Shown: positions 62,751 to 64,000 of the stretch, piece after piece
How positions within the stretch are numbered: the first letter of the stretch is position 1
Layout: each line of letters opens with the position of its first letter
Assembly (NCBI RefSeq): GCF_030144855.1
Contig: NC_082726.1
Span: 30,938,001-31,002,000, forward strand
DNA: 64,000 nt
Direction: 5' to 3'
Origin: Hypanus sabinus
Lineage: Eukaryota
Position numbers and translations under genes: made by a program
Notes under the pieces: model-generated
What the model was told of the DNA's origin: nothing
The model's input: only the letters and a program-made list of their open reading frames with translations
Database searches by the model: none

Positions 62751-63400
62751 AGTCACCGCCCCTGGCTCCGCGCGGTGCACTCTGGGCCTGCCCCGCCATG
62801 TTCCGCTGTGCCGCGATGCCGGGAGCGTTGTCCGGCTGCCATCGTCACTAGAGACCGAGGCTGTGCGAAGAGTGGGAGGGCCAACAGCGGGGGAGGCATC
62901 GCACAGTGCGGGGGAGCGAACTGAGAAGCTCGGCGGGGACCGAGGCCGCCACTCGGAGCGGCGCCATGGCGGCTCGGGACAGGAAGCTGCCGACCGCTGA
63001 GCGGGTGGTGAAGTGTGAGTGTCCGGGGTCTGAGGGGCGATGGGCTGGGGGGCCGGGCTCTGAGACTATGGGGTCGCGGAGCAGGGGTGGGGAGTGCGGA
63101 CAGAGGTTTGGAGGGGAGCGCTGGTCGAGGTCTGAGATCTGGAGCGGGGTTAGGGATTGGGGACCGGGGTGTGAGGGGAATCGGGAACCAGGGGTTTGGG
63201 GTTGTGCTTTGCCGGGCCTGGTTCACGTCGTGCCCCTCGGCAGGGAGAGGCCGCGGGGTTCCTGGCCAGGCTGCATCCACGGCTTGGGAGTTGGCCGCTT
63301 GTTGGGTGGCAGGCCCGGACTTTGGGCTCTGTCCTCGCTTCTGGGACTGGGGACTGCTGTTAACCCCGTTCCGTGTGCAAGGGAAGTCACCTCCGGGAGT
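62750..63400 (+). promoter_or_regulatory. CpG-island promoter, exon 1 and start of intron 1 of a plus-strand gene
   Basis: High CpG density; YY1-type ccgccatgtt at 62793-62802; switch from C-skew to G-skew across the presumed TSS. Confidence 0.75.
62966..63014 (+). CDS. Putative first coding exon (MAARDRKLPTAERVVK plus 1 nt) of an unidentified gene
   Basis: Strong Kozak ggcgccATGG and consensus donor gtgagt at 63015-63020. Confidence 0.7.
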
Positions 63401-64000
63401 CCCACAGCCTCCTTTCCCCTGAGGTTGGGGAGTCCCAGGCTGACATTATCCGGTTGGCGAGTGTGGTGTGTGGCTGAGGAGGGGTCCATGCAAGTGTCCA
63501 GTGTGCATTTAAATCCTTGGCTCTGCTCTGAGACTGGTCGTGAGGCTGTTAAGAATTCTCTTGACCTTGGTCTCAAAACTCTTGATCTTACATTTACCTT
63601 ACGTGACTTCAGTTTAAACATACTACAATGCTTGTAAAGTACATTAAGGATACTCTGAGGTTGTCAAGGCAAACACTGAGTGCACTAACAGCTATTTTGT
63701 TTCTAAGCGAAGGTTAAAATTATCTCATTAAAGTCAGAATCAGGGTGAGCTAAATTGACTCACTGTGTCACCAAAAGAGTTTGTGACTGCTTGGCACAGA
63801 GATCCACCTCAGCCTGAAGATCTAAGGCTCTGTATGTTGCTGATCTGCTATAGAGCAGTGCTGACTGGGTGTTATGTCACTTGGCTGAGATGTGAAACCT
63901 TGACCCTGCCTGATCTCACTGGTGAATGAACTATTTGAAGAGCAGAGGTGTTCTCACTATCCTGGCTAGTCTGAATAACTGAGGATGAGTTGATTATTAA

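Noticed and set aside
60651-63000. Long Pro/Ser/Leu-rich ORFs (up to 358 aa) as extensin- or mucin-like proteins
   Set aside because: Open in several frames at once because the C/T-rich composition rarely makes stop codons; no splice or domain evidence
62906-63637. 243-aa ORF as a single-exon gene
   Set aside because: Runs through a consensus donor at 63015 into G-rich intron-like sequence; only 62966-63014 is plausibly coding

Overview
Repeat-dense vertebrate genomic DNA, most likely a cartilaginous fish such as a ray. That assignment is inferred from the mix of CR1, Rex1/Babar, V-SINE and Penelope-derived repeats, not from a database search. Two CpG-island promoters with short, divergently oriented candidate first coding exons bracket the window (minus strand at about 2.9 kb, plus strand at about 63 kb); I could not name either gene. 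The roughly 60 kb between them is mostly transposable-element sequence: a hAT (Buster/Charlie-type) transposon with TIRs and 8-bp TSD; Gypsy fragments and solo LTRs; two BEL/Pao elements with LTR pairs and 5-bp TSDs; a full-length L1; a Tc1 element; and many CR1 and Rex1/Babar LINE pieces. Most notable, and largely absent from the ORF track: (1) a degraded endogenous retrovirus (integrase plus env with a CWVC motif), split by a four-level ERV>BEL>L1>Penelope nest; (2) about ten dispersed Penelope-derived repeats carrying minimal type I hammerhead ribozyme motifs, some arranged as inverted pairs; (3) two solo LTRs of one family in head-to-head orientation; (4) a 2.3-kb pyrimidine-skewed tract abutting the right-hand promoter; (5) a weak GPCR-like relic. 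All calls are by-eye motif recognition, and boundaries without a TSD are approximate.
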